Shown here: one piece after another, positions 35,890 to 45,295 of the stretch
How the letters are laid out: the number at the start of each line of letters is the position of its first letter
Numbering within the stretch: position 1 is the first letter of the stretch
Assembly (NCBI GenBank): GCA_963774955.1
Contig: CAVZGV010000003.1
Coordinates: forward strand, 320,771-384,770
DNA length: 64,000 nt
Reading direction: 5' to 3'
Source of the DNA: Candidatus Falkowbacteria bacterium
GTDB lineage: Bacteria > Patescibacteriota > Patescibacteriia > CAIXNZ01
Translations under genes and position numbers: made by a program
Notes under the pieces: model-generated
What the model was told of the DNA's origin: nothing
Databases searched by the model: none
Seen by the model: the letters and a program-made list of their open reading frames with translations, nothing else

Positions 35890-37427
35890 TGAATAAGATC
35901 ACAGAAATAAAATCAAAGAGATTATATTTGTTAAGCCTGGCCTTTGGGTCAGGTTTGACTATTATGGCCGTGGAAATATCAGCCTCGCGACTGATCGCTC
36001 CTTATTTTGGCACTTCCACTTTTATTTGGGTAAATATTATTGGAGTTATCATGGTGGCGCTGGCCTTAGGCTATTATCTCGGCGGTAAATTGGCTGATAA
36101 AAAACCTGATTTGAAATTGCTGTTACGATTGGTTTTAATCGCCTGCATCTTCTTATTAATCACACCTTTTGTCGCCAGTTTTTTGGCTTCTTTAGTCGCT
36201 AAGGCTTTACTGGTAATTAATTCAGCCTCAGTGGTAATTTTTTTCGGGTCGCTGATTCTAGTCTGCGCTTTGCTTTTTGTGCCGGTTTTGCTTTTGGGCA
36301 TTGTCAGCCCGTTTATAATTAAATTATTATCTCTTGCTGATGATCGTATCGGGCAGGATGCCGGTTTAGTTTTTTCAGTTTCAACTCTGGGCAGTATTTT
36401 GGGGACTTTTTTGCCGGTCTTGGTTTTTATACCCTTAGTCGGCACGCGTAAGACGATCATCATCTTTACCTGCATATTGATTTTTATAACCTTGATCGGG
36501 TTATTTAATAAGAAATGGTCACTGGTCAGTCTGGTTATTTTACTCTTAGTCTTTATTCAATTGCCCCCCTATAAGCAAGCCGCAGGCGCAATTTTTGAGG
36601 CTGAATCTGTTTATCAGTATTTTCAGGTTACGGATGAAGATAATTTTCGTTATTTAAAAATTAATGAAGGTCTGGGAGTCTTTTCCGTCATCAATAATGA
36701 TCCCAATAATGTGCTGACTGATTCATATTTTGATTATTATAATTTATTGCCGTATCTGGACGGTAATCATAAAAAACAGGATATTTTAGTCATTGGGCTG
36801 GCCGGGGGAACAATCAGTACCCAATTGAACCATTTTTTTAGTCAGGATTATGATTTGAAAATTGACGGAGTGGAAATAGACCAAAAATTAATTGCCACGG
36901 CCAGGAAATATTTTAACTTGGACAATAAGTCCTTAACTGTCCATAATTTGGACGGCAGGATATTTTTAAATTATACTGATCAAAAATACGATGCCATTGT
37001 CATAGATGCGTATGCCAACCAGCTCTATATTCCGTTTCATTTGGCGTCTGAGGAATTTTTTAAGTCGGTTAGAGAGCATTTGACATCTAAGGGTTTAGTG
37101 GCGATGAATGTTAATGCCACGGCTATAAATTCACCGCTTTTGAAAACAATTACCAATACCATGAACAAAGCCTTTGTCCATGTTTATATTTTACCCTTAC
37201 AGGACTGGAATTATTTAGTTTTGGCCGCTGACCAGCCGCTTGATTTTGCGGCTTTAAATGAAATTCAAATTAGACAGGAATTACAGCTGCTGGCTGAAAA
37301 CGCCAGGGTTAATTATCAGGAAGTGTTTTTTGATCCAGACTTTCAGGTTTTGACTGATGATAAGGCGCCAATTGAGCATCTGACTGACTGGATGATCCTG
37401 GATTATGCCATGAAAACTACTCAATAA
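35889..37427 (+). CDS. Membrane-bound spermidine synthase-like (polyamine aminopropyltransferase) protein.
   Basis: ~230-aa polytopic N-terminal domain, then ..DILVIGLAGGT..GVEIDQKLIATARKYF..VIDAY.. (SpeE/PABS-type methyltransferase fold). Confidence 0.7.
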   Translation: MNKITEIKSKRLYLLSLAFGSGLTIMAVEISASRLIAPYFGTSTFIWVNIIGVIMVALALGYYLGGKLADKKPDLKLLLRLVLIACIFLLITPFVASFLASLVAKALLVINSASVVIFFGSLILVCALLFVPVLLLGIVSPFIIKLLSLADDRIGQDAGLVFSVSTLGSILGTFLPVLVFIPLVGTRKTIIIFTCILIFITLIGLFNKKWSLVSLVILLLVFIQLPPYKQAAGAIFEAESVYQYFQVTDEDNFRYLKINEGLGVFSVINNDPNNVLTDSYFDYYNLLPYLDGNHKKQDILVIGLAGGTISTQLNHFFSQDYDLKIDGVEIDQKLIATARKYFNLDNKSLTVHNLDGRIFLNYTDQKYDAIVIDAYANQLYIPFHLASEEFFKSVREHLTSKGLVAMNVNATAINSPLLKTITNTMNKAFVHVYILPLQDWNYLVLAADQPLDFAALNEIQIRQELQLLAENARVNYQEVFFDPDFQVLTDDKAPIEHLTDWMILDYAMKTTQ

Positions 37428-37467
37428 TTTTTTCTTTTAACTATTTTCTATTTAATTTATAAGAGTT

Positions 37468-37500
37468 ATGCACAAGCCTCTTGCATAATTTTTTTATTTG
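37468..37500 (+). terminator. Hairpin terminator after the speE-like gene.
   Basis: tatgca-caagcctct-tgcata followed by atttttttatttg. Confidence 0.5.
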
Positions 37501-37555
37501 TTTTATTATGTTCTCAATGATTAAAAAATAATAATAAAAATAAGCTCCTTTGCGT

Positions 37556-37660
37556 ATGAACACTGAACCATGTCCTGTCTGTGAAAATGACCCATGCACC
37601 TGTGAATCCGATTACATTTATCATGTGCCCACCACAGGCGATCGTGACGATGACGAATAA
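37556..37660 (+). CDS. 34-aa cysteine-rich small protein (CPVC..CTC zinc-ribbon-like), candidate.
   Basis: MNTEPCPVCENDPCTCESDYIYHVPTTGDRDDDE, followed at once by a strong terminator (37668-37700, ccctgct-tgattg-agcaggg + T7). Below the 60-aa ORF-track cutoff; the SD is weak. Confidence 0.4.
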   Translation: MNTEPCPVCENDPCTCESDYIYHVPTTGDRDDDE

Positions 37661-37667
37661 TATAAGG

Positions 37668-37700
37668 ACCCTGCTTGATTGAGCAGGGTTTTTTGTTTTA
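37668..37700 (+). terminator. Rho-independent terminator.
   Basis: accctgcttgattgagcagggttttttgtttt. Confidence 0.7.
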
Positions 37701-37702
37701 TG

Positions 37703-37840
37703 CCAGCTGGAAGGCAGACGTTAGGCGTAATACGGCTACGATGCCCGTATCGTTTTTGGGTTAGGTCTAACGGCTAAACTACGTAACCGATTGACGCCTA
37801 ACTATACGGGCTTCGTTACCCTAACCGATTTACGATTCAC
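37703..37840 (+). ncRNA. Structured intergenic region with nested inverted repeats; candidate small RNA or leader (unclassified).
   Basis: gttaggcg..cgcctaac, tacgg-ctacgatgc-ccgta and gggttagg..cctaacc pairings; GC-richer than the surrounding spacer. No family assigned. Confidence 0.25.
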
Positions 37841-37897
37841 AATAATCGTTTGATTTTTATCAAGGTTTTTGCTAAAATTATGGTATTATTAGACATT

Positions 37898-38563
37898 ATG
37901 ACCTTATATATTGTCGGTACGCCGATAGGGAATTTAGAAGACATTAGTTTAAGAGCCTTAAGAATTTTGAAAGAGGTTGATTTTGTGTTGTGCGAGGATA
38001 CGCGGGTAACGCGTGTGCTTTTGGATAAATATGAAATCAAGACTCCGACCATCTCTTATTTTCAGCATTCGGGTTTGACCAAGGTTAATCAGATAATTGA
38101 TTTACTTAAACAAGGCAAAAATTTGGCTCTGGTTTCCGATGCCGGTACACCCGGTATTTCTGATCCGGGCAATAAACTGATCGAATTGGTTTTAAAGGAA
38201 TTGCCTGACGTCAGAATTGAACCGATCCCCGGTGCCTGCGCCGCTATAGCTGCCTTATCAATTTCCGGCTTGCCAACTGATAAATTTGTGTTTTACGGAT
38301 TTTTACCGCACAAAAAAGGCAAGGAAACTATTTTGAAAGAAATTATCAGCAATAAGTTCACTTCTGTTTTTTACGAATCCACGCATCGGATATTAAAGAC
38401 TTTAGGCAAATTGAAAGATTTGGGGTTAGGGGACAAGCAGATTGTAGTTTGCCGGGAAGTGACTAAGAAGTTTGAAACAACGTATAGAGGAACGATTGCA
38501 GATGTTTTGGCGGTTTTGGAAAAGGATGTGACCAAGGGGGAGTTTGTGGTGGTTATTGGTTGA
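37898..38563 (+). CDS. rsmI: 16S rRNA (cytidine1402-2'-O)-methyltransferase RsmI.
   Basis: LYIVGTPIGNLEDISLRALRILKEVDFVLCEDTRVT, tetrapyrrole-methylase fold. Confidence 0.85.
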   Translation: MTLYIVGTPIGNLEDISLRALRILKEVDFVLCEDTRVTRVLLDKYEIKTPTISYFQHSGLTKVNQIIDLLKQGKNLALVSDAGTPGISDPGNKLIELVLKELPDVRIEPIPGACAAIAALSISGLPTDKFVFYGFLPHKKGKETILKEIISNKFTSVFYESTHRILKTLGKLKDLGLGDKQIVVCREVTKKFETTYRGTIADVLAVLEKDVTKGEFVVVIG

Positions 38564-38617
38564 GGTTTTATGAAGTTGTATTAGGTTGTATGAGGTTATA
38601 TAAGGTTGCACTTGAAT

Positions 38618-38725
38618 GGGCGAAAACGCCCTTTGTCATGCCGACCGAAGCGGAGGCATCCCTAAGTTATTAAGGGATTTCTCGACTACGCTTGAAATGA
38701 CAATAGACAATGGGCGTTTTCGCCC
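38618..38725. mobile_element. MITE copy 4.
   Basis: gggcgaaaacgccctttgtcatgccgaccgaagcggagg ... gaaatgacaatagacaatgggcgttttcgccc. Confidence 0.8.
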
Positions 38726-38745
38726 GATAATAAATATTATCAATT

Positions 38746-38987
38746 ATATGAGCCAAAATAAGAGAAATGGGATTATCATTTTAGTTATAAGTATTTTGTT
38801 TTTTGCCACTGCAGTTAATATGTATTATTTTTCGGATTTTTTTATGAATTTGTTAGATCCGAGTAGCCCCCTTGATGCACAGGCAAAAACCATAATTAAT
38901 TCCGTGGCCATTGCCGATGCCTTGGTTGGTTTGATCATTCTTGGCCTTAGTATGTATTTTTTTAAAAAAGAAGGTGGTATTAAATAA
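38746..38987 (+). CDS. Small two-TM membrane protein.
   Basis: MSQNKRNGIIILVISILFFATAV.. The ORF's upstream extension lies in the MITE. Confidence 0.45.
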
Positions 38988-38995
38988 AAAAATAT

Positions 38996-39625
38996 ATGTC
39001 ACAAATTTTAATTTTCGGTGACAGCATAACCTACGGCGCTAGTGATTTGGAGGGTGGCTGGGTTAGCCGTTTACGCAAATATGTTGATCAAAAGGGGCTG
39101 ACTGATCCTGATTATTATAATTTGGTTTATAATCTGGGTATTTCCGCCAATAATACAGCTGATCTTTTAAAACGTTTTGAATTTGAAGTTCAGCAGAGAA
39201 TTAAGGAGGAAGGGGATACTGTTATAATCTTTGCAATTGGAACAAATGATTCCCAACTTTTTAAGGGTAAATTTATGACTGAACCGGCTCAATTTGGCAA
39301 GAATTTACAGGCTCTTTATACTTTAGCTCAAAAATATAGCTCCAAAATTATTTTTGCGGGTTTATTTCCGGTTGATGAAGCTAAGACTTGCCCAGTAGCC
39401 TGGGATAAAGAAAGATTTTATAAAAATGAAAATCTTGAACGTAATAATAAAATGATTAAAGAATTTTGCGCCAAGAATGGCTTATTATTCATTGATATTT
39501 ACAATCATTTTAGCAAAATTAAATATCAGGAATTACTTGAAGACGGCTTACACCCGACTACTGAGGGACATCGCCAAATGTTTGAAATAATTAGAGATCA
39601 ATTGATAAAAAATAAAATTATATAA
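38996..39625 (+). CDS. SGNH/GDSL hydrolase.
   Basis: ILIFGDSITYG (block I GDS), ..GTND.., ..DGLHPT.. (block V DxxH). Confidence 0.8.
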   Translation: MSQILIFGDSITYGASDLEGGWVSRLRKYVDQKGLTDPDYYNLVYNLGISANNTADLLKRFEFEVQQRIKEEGDTVIIFAIGTNDSQLFKGKFMTEPAQFGKNLQALYTLAQKYSSKIIFAGLFPVDEAKTCPVAWDKERFYKNENLERNNKMIKEFCAKNGLLFIDIYNHFSKIKYQELLEDGLHPTTEGHRQMFEIIRDQLIKNKII

Positions 39626-39628
39626 TTT

Positions 39629-40045
39629 ATGCCAAATAATAAAATTGTTCAAATTTTGAAAAACAAATATTTGATATTATTATATCTGACGACGGTTGTT
39701 ATGATTTTAATGTTATTTGTTGATCTTCGGGGGGTATTTTCGTTTAAAGATAAGCCAGTTCAAAATTTAGCTGAAATTAATGGGGCACCTTTTGATTTTG
39801 ATAATTGTTATGATTGTCCGTCTGGTTATAAGGATTATGGTTGGCCCTGGATAATGAGAACAACTAATATCAGCGGTCAAACTGGTTCTTTGGTTGCAGA
39901 TTATTACCCCGTTAATATTGTTTTGGATTTTATCATTGTCTATCTGTTTTTATTGGTAATTTACAGTCTGGCCAGAATAATTCATTTAAAATCAATTAAA
40001 TCAATAACTAATAAATATGCCCAAAGCAAAAACAGTAAAACCTAA
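39629..40045 (+). CDS. Hypothetical membrane protein.
   Basis: Two TM helices; no recognisable motif. Confidence 0.4.
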   Translation: MPNNKIVQILKNKYLILLYLTTVVMILMLFVDLRGVFSFKDKPVQNLAEINGAPFDFDNCYDCPSGYKDYGWPWIMRTTNISGQTGSLVADYYPVNIVLDFIIVYLFLLVIYSLARIIHLKSIKSITNKYAQSKNSKT

Positions 40046-41591
40046 TACAACTAAGAAGCCTGAACCCAAAACATTTTACATTACCACAACCTTGCCTTAT
40101 GTAAATTCTGATCCGCATATCGGTTTTGCGGCGGAGATTGTGCGCGCGGATATTATTGCCCGCTATCAGCGGACTCTGGGAAAAGAAGTCTTTTTTAATA
40201 CCGGGACTGATGAACATGGCCAGAAAATTTATAATAAAGCCACAGAAGCAGGTCAGGAGCCACAAGCTTATGTGGATGAATGGGCAGCCAAATTTGAATT
40301 GCTGGATGACATGCTGGACTTGAGCTATAACAGTTTTATCCGCACCACTAATCCCGACCATGTCAAAGCAGCTCAGGAATTTTGGAAAATATGCGATAAA
40401 AATGGTGATATTTATAAAAAGAATTACAAAATTAAATACTGTGTGGGTTGTGAACTGGAAAAAAGTGACTCGGAACTGGTTGACGGTCATTGTCCTCTGC
40501 ATCCCAAACAGGAGCTGGAAATTATTGACGAAGAAAATTATTTCTTTGCCTGGTCAAAATATCAGCAAAAGCTTTTAGATATGTATGAGCAGAATTCCGG
40601 TTTTATTGTACCCCAGCATCGGCTGAATGAGATTAAGAATTTTGTCGCTTCCGGACTTCAGGACTTTTCTATTTCTCGTTTAAAAAGTAAAATGCCTTGG
40701 GGCGTGCCCGTACCCGGTGACGATGATCAGGTTATGTATGTCTGGTTTGATGCCCTAGTTAATTATATCTCCTGTCTGGGCTGGCCAAAGGATAAAAAAC
40801 AGTTTAAAAAGTTTTGGCCCGGAGTTCAGGTGGCCGGCAAAGACAATTTGCGCCAGCAGACTGCTATGTGGCAGGCCATGCTGATGTCTGCTGGTTTGCC
40901 TAACTCGCAAAATGTTTTAATTTTCGGCTTTATTAATTCCGGCGGCCAGAAAATGAGTAAAAGCCTGGGTAATGTTATTAACCCTTTGGAATTGGTACAA
41001 AAATACGGCACAGATGCCACCCGTTACTTTTTGGTGGCCGGACTGGCTGCTTATGAAGATAGTGATTTTACCTTTGAACGATTTGAGGAAAAATATAATT
41101 CTGCTTTGGCCAATGAGTTTGGTAACCTGGTGTCACGCGTCTTAGCTATGACCGGAAAATACTATAATTTTGAAGTGCCGAAGTACAATGTAGATTCTGA
41201 TAAATTTTTTATATTTGATCTTAAGACAGACTGGGCACAATATGATTTTTTTATGAAGAATTTTAAACTTGAAGAAGCTCTTAATGTTGCCTGGGACGAT
41301 ATCAGGCGCTGTAACGCCTATATTGATAAAAATAGGCCCTGGGAACTGGCAGCTAATAGCGACGATGAAACTTTACCTGATGTGATTTTTAATTTATTGG
41401 AAACTATTAGACAGATTGCCTGGATGATTTTACCGTTCATGCCGTCGGCCAGTGAAAAGATTTTGACTCAGTTAGGTTTTGATTTTTCTAAAGAAACTGA
41501 AAAGGGGATTGAAGAACTAAGAAAATGGGGCGGCTTGAAATTGGGGCAAAAGGTTAGTAAAGGGGAAAATCTGTTTCAGAGGTTAAACTAA
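40017..41591 (+). CDS. metG: Methionine--tRNA ligase.
   Basis: HIGF(A) in ..PYVNSDPHIGFAAE.., CPLH zinc knuckle, KMSKS (QKMSKSLGN). Confidence 0.9.
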   Translation: MPKAKTVKPNTTKKPEPKTFYITTTLPYVNSDPHIGFAAEIVRADIIARYQRTLGKEVFFNTGTDEHGQKIYNKATEAGQEPQAYVDEWAAKFELLDDMLDLSYNSFIRTTNPDHVKAAQEFWKICDKNGDIYKKNYKIKYCVGCELEKSDSELVDGHCPLHPKQELEIIDEENYFFAWSKYQQKLLDMYEQNSGFIVPQHRLNEIKNFVASGLQDFSISRLKSKMPWGVPVPGDDDQVMYVWFDALVNYISCLGWPKDKKQFKKFWPGVQVAGKDNLRQQTAMWQAMLMSAGLPNSQNVLIFGFINSGGQKMSKSLGNVINPLELVQKYGTDATRYFLVAGLAAYEDSDFTFERFEEKYNSALANEFGNLVSRVLAMTGKYYNFEVPKYNVDSDKFFIFDLKTDWAQYDFFMKNFKLEEALNVAWDDIRRCNAYIDKNRPWELAANSDDETLPDVIFNLLETIRQIAWMILPFMPSASEKILTQLGFDFSKETEKGIEELRKWGGLKLGQKVSKGENLFQRLN

Positions 41592-41726
41592 AAGCACCAA
41601 ATTACAAATTTCAAGTTCCAAATAAACTCCAATAACCAAAGATTCAAAGCTCAAAGTTTGTTGTTTAAGAATTTGAGATCTGATATTTATTTGCCATTTC
41701 TTATTTGAATTTTGTGATTTTATATT

Positions 41727-42419
41727 ATGCAATTAAAAGAATTTAAATTTCAGAGCAAAAAATATAAAGTCAATCTCCGCGATCAGGCTGATCAAAGCGT
41801 GCTGGCGGAGATTTTCGATTTAAGGGAATATCGCAGCGCGGAAAATATCATTAAATCCGCTAATTTTCCTATTATTGACGCCGGAGCTCAGGCAGGTTTT
41901 TTTTCTTTATATTGCCGGGCTTTAAATCAGTCAGTTGCTATTTATGCTATTGAGCCTGAGCCGGAAAATGTCAAGGCGTTATCAAGACATTTAAAGATCA
42001 ATCGGATAGCCAAGGTAAAGATTATTCAACAGGCTTTGGCCGGTAAAAGCGGGAAAATAGATTTTTACGTTTCTGAGGATACGCATAATCATTCGCTGAT
42101 CAAACCGGAACAATTTAAGGCTAAAATATCAGTTGCTAGTACCAGTCTTTCAGATTTCTTGAAACAAAATAAATTAATTCGCATTAGCTTATTAAAATTG
42201 GATATTGAGGGAGCTGAATATCAAGTTCTCGAAAATTTAGCCAAAGATGATTGGCACAAATTTGAAAATATCTTGTTGGAATATCATGATTCAGCCGAAC
42301 AGCAACATCAGAGCCTGGCTGAATTAATCAGGCAAAACGGCTTTAGCCTGGAAATTTTTCCGTCACATTATGATAAAAAACTGGGCTATATGCTGGGTCG
42401 TAATAAAAAGAACAAATAA
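41727..42419 (+). CDS. FkbM-family methyltransferase.
   Basis: ..IIDAGAQAGFFSLY.., ..IDFYVSEDTHNHSL.., ..LLKLDIEGAEYQVL.. Confidence 0.7.
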   Translation: MQLKEFKFQSKKYKVNLRDQADQSVLAEIFDLREYRSAENIIKSANFPIIDAGAQAGFFSLYCRALNQSVAIYAIEPEPENVKALSRHLKINRIAKVKIIQQALAGKSGKIDFYVSEDTHNHSLIKPEQFKAKISVASTSLSDFLKQNKLIRISLLKLDIEGAEYQVLENLAKDDWHKFENILLEYHDSAEQQHQSLAELIRQNGFSLEIFPSHYDKKLGYMLGRNKKNK

Positions 42420-42446
42420 TTTTGGAGGGTAAAAGGAGGGAAAAAA

Positions 42447-42791
42447 TTGAAAATACTTATCGTAGATGATCGAGTGACACGTAGACGTCAGCTTAGTTAT
42501 GTCTTAGGCACTTACCACCAGAAGATATTAAGGGCCCAAAACGGTAAAACCGCCATCACTCAATTTAAGCGCTACAAGCCGGATTTGGTCATAATTGACA
42601 CCAAAATGCCAATTATGGATGGTCCGACGTTGGCTACCCAAATTAAGGCAATTGATCCCCAAGCCCTCATAATTGGTATGGCCATGATTGAAGAAGGCCG
42701 TCAATATTATGAGCATTTTTGGAGAAAAGACGAGCCGATTGAGAAACTAATCTCAATGGTTTTGACTTTATTGGCCAAAAAATCGCCTTAA
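42447..42791 (+). CDS. Stand-alone response-regulator receiver (CheY-like) domain.
   Basis: ILIVDD..(phospho-Asp region DLVIIDTKMPIMDG)..; TTG start. Confidence 0.7.
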   Translation: MKILIVDDRVTRRRQLSYVLGTYHQKILRAQNGKTAITQFKRYKPDLVIIDTKMPIMDGPTLATQIKAIDPQALIIGMAMIEEGRQYYEHFWRKDEPIEKLISMVLTLLAKKSP

Positions 42792-42808
42792 CCGGGCGAT
42801 TTTTGCTT
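42776..42808 (+). terminator. Rho-independent terminator.
   Basis: aaaatcgcc-ttaacc-gggcgatttt followed by tgcttta. Confidence 0.6.
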
Positions 42809-42864
42809 TATTTAGCGTAAAATGATAAAATTTAAGTAAATTAATTGCCTAATTTTTAATATTT

Positions 42865-43734
42865 ATGAAATGTAGCAATTGCCAAAATGAAATAGTTGAA
42901 AATTTAACCCGTTGTAATTATTGCGGTCAAGAGGTTAAAATATCGGCTGTTACCCAGGCTAAACCCAAGAAAAACATCTGGACATCCTTGATTATGGTGG
43001 CTATTTTTATAGCTATCGGTATTTACGGCGGATTGTCTGATAAAGGCGCTCAAAAAAATGATGAAGGCATCAAATTGCTTGATTCAGGCAGCAATTATAA
43101 TCAGGCAATTGCCAATTTTGAGGAGTCATTAAAGAATTTGAAAGATGATGATGACCGGCTGACTGTTTTAAAAAATATGGCCTATGCTTACTGGATTAAT
43201 AATGAACCGGCGAAGGCAGCTGAATCTTTTAAACAAGCTTTGGCTTTGGCCAAGCCGAATTCGTCCGATTATTATCTGGTCTCAGGAGAAATTGCCTTAT
43301 TAGACGGTGAAGCCAAGGCAGCAGAAGAAAATTATCTGCAGGCCGTCAGTAAAAACCCTAATGATTTTCAAGTAAATTCTAGCCTGGGTATCTTTTATCT
43401 TGGTATTGATGATATAGCCCAGGAGTATGCTGATTTTCCCAAAGCTTTGATTTACAATAAGAAGGCCTATGAGGCCAACCCTGATTCCGAAATGACCAAG
43501 GAGAATCTGGCTAATAATTATTTCGTTTTGGGAGAATATCAGCCTGCGGTTGATCTGTTTTTAAAGACGTCATTAGCAAATAAATCATTTAATTGTTATA
43601 TGCTTGGCTTATCATATTACGGTCTTGAAGATAATGCCAATGCCTATAAATATCTCAAGCAGGCGGTGGATTTGGGTTTTGAGCCTGAAACTGAAGTGGT
43701 TGACTTTTTAGATAATTATCAAACGGAAATTTAA
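42865..43734 (+). CDS. TPR-repeat protein with N-terminal zinc ribbon and TM anchor.
   Basis: CSNCQ..(x11)..CNYCGQ, TM (WTSLIMVAIFIAIGIYGG), then TPR-like helices (..YNQAIANFEESL.., ..AAESFKQALALA..). Confidence 0.6.
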   Translation: MKCSNCQNEIVENLTRCNYCGQEVKISAVTQAKPKKNIWTSLIMVAIFIAIGIYGGLSDKGAQKNDEGIKLLDSGSNYNQAIANFEESLKNLKDDDDRLTVLKNMAYAYWINNEPAKAAESFKQALALAKPNSSDYYLVSGEIALLDGEAKAAEENYLQAVSKNPNDFQVNSSLGIFYLGIDDIAQEYADFPKALIYNKKAYEANPDSEMTKENLANNYFVLGEYQPAVDLFLKTSLANKSFNCYMLGLSYYGLEDNANAYKYLKQAVDLGFEPETEVVDFLDNYQTEI

Positions 43735-43741
43735 TAAAATT

Positions 43742-44755
43742 ATGCAAAAAAAACTAACCATCATTTTAATTATCTGCATTCTGATTATGCTGATTTTGTT
43801 TGTGCTGATAAAATTTACTCATCAGCCGATTATCGTTAATAGCCTCAGTAATTTTGCAGACTGCGTCATATCGGGTAATGCTATTTTGGAATCTTATCCC
43901 CGTCAATGCAAGACAGCTGACGGCCGAAGTTTTACTGAGGAAATTACGGATTTAAATAATATTAATGCGGAAATTGATGACTCCTGTATTGATAAATGCG
44001 GGGATGCCATTTGTCAGGAAATAGTCTGCTTAACGGCCGATTGTCCTTGCGCTGAATCCAGCGCGCTTTGCCCGCAGGATTGTTTGGACTCTCAGGTGAA
44101 GTATCAAAGTAATTTTATTAAAGAAGAAAAAGAAGATTATAGCCTGGATCTGGAATATCCGGTTATAACAATGGCTGATAAAAATAAGGCCACAATTATA
44201 AATAAAAAAATTAAATCCTTGATAGATAATCAGCTTTTAGGTTTTAAAAAGGATTTAATTAAAAAAGAGCCTGATATGGGAGCCAGTTTTATGGACAGCG
44301 GCTATGAGTTTTTTATGCTCAATGAAAATTTTGTCAGTTTACATTTTACTATGGTTACTTATTCTTCAGGCGCAGCTCATCCCATGAATTATTCTGTTAC
44401 TTTTAACTATGACGTTGACCGTGATAAGGAAATTTTCCTTGCAGAAATGTTCAAGTCCGGCAGTGATTACTTGAAATACATCGCTGATTACTGCAATCTA
44501 GATTTACAGGATAAATTGGGCGTTGATATATTTGCAGACGGTTTGTTGCCGGACAAAGCTAATTTTAGTACGTTTGCGCTGACTCCGGAATCTCTGATTT
44601 TCCTGTTTGATCCTTATCAGGTTGCGTCTTATGCTGCCGGACCGCAGCAGACCGAAGTATTTTACTATCAGTTGACTGATGTTATTAATGAACAAGGGGC
44701 GATCCCAAGATTAGTAGGGGACGAAAAATGGCAAAATATTATTAATCGTTATTAA
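43742..44755 (+). CDS. Secreted DUF4163/DUF3298 (RsiV-like) domain protein with a Cys-rich N-terminal region.
   Basis: Signal/TM anchor, then ..SSGAAHPMNY.., resembling the DUF3298 'GGAHP' core. Confidence 0.5.
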   Translation: MQKKLTIILIICILIMLILFVLIKFTHQPIIVNSLSNFADCVISGNAILESYPRQCKTADGRSFTEEITDLNNINAEIDDSCIDKCGDAICQEIVCLTADCPCAESSALCPQDCLDSQVKYQSNFIKEEKEDYSLDLEYPVITMADKNKATIINKKIKSLIDNQLLGFKKDLIKKEPDMGASFMDSGYEFFMLNENFVSLHFTMVTYSSGAAHPMNYSVTFNYDVDRDKEIFLAEMFKSGSDYLKYIADYCNLDLQDKLGVDIFADGLLPDKANFSTFALTPESLIFLFDPYQVASYAAGPQQTEVFYYQLTDVINEQGAIPRLVGDEKWQNIINRY

Positions 44756-44772
44756 TAATTAATATTAATTTT

Positions 44773-45282
44773 ATGACAGTGTTTGATGTGATTTTATTAA
44801 TCATCCTGGGCGGTTTTACCATGTTTGGCCTCTGGTTTGGTTTTATTCATACTCTAGGCTCGGTCGTTGGTACTTTTGCCGGCGCCTTTTTTGCCGGTTT
44901 GGTTTATAACCCCATGGGTAATTGGCTGGCCCAGATATTCGGCAATCCCAATTTGATGAAGATTTTTGCCTTCATCTTTATTTTTATTATTGCTAACCGC
45001 TTGATTGGGTTTGGATTTTACGTGCTGGACAAGATTTTCAATTTTTTGACCATCATTCCGTTTTTAAAGTCCATAAATCGCTTGCTAGGAGGTGTTCTAG
45101 GGTTTTTTGAGGGCTTGCTGGTTATTGGTTTATGTTTATTCATAATTTCGCGTTTTCCGGTCTCAGACTGGTTTACCGCTGTTTTACAGGCATCGACCTT
45201 GGCCACCTGGTTTATCGGTATTTCGACCATTTTACAGTTAATGCTGCCGGAACTACTGAGACAGTTGAAATCGGTGATTTAA
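44773..45282 (+). CDS. cvpA: CvpA-family membrane protein.
   Basis: MTVFDVILLIILGGFTMFGLWFGFIHTLGSVVGTFAGAFFAG.. Confidence 0.7.
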   Translation: MTVFDVILLIILGGFTMFGLWFGFIHTLGSVVGTFAGAFFAGLVYNPMGNWLAQIFGNPNLMKIFAFIFIFIIANRLIGFGFYVLDKIFNFLTIIPFLKSINRLLGGVLGFFEGLLVIGLCLFIISRFPVSDWFTAVLQASTLATWFIGISTILQLMLPELLRQLKSVI

Positions 45283-45295
45283 GAATTTAGTTGTT

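Noticed and set aside
37703-37840. Possible SRP (4.5S) RNA because of a ggaaggcag segment.
   Set aside because: The surrounding sequence does not reproduce the conserved helix-8 motif (GGAA tetraloop closed by the AGCAGC/ symmetric loop) or the expected length and pairing. It is kept only as an unclassified structured region.
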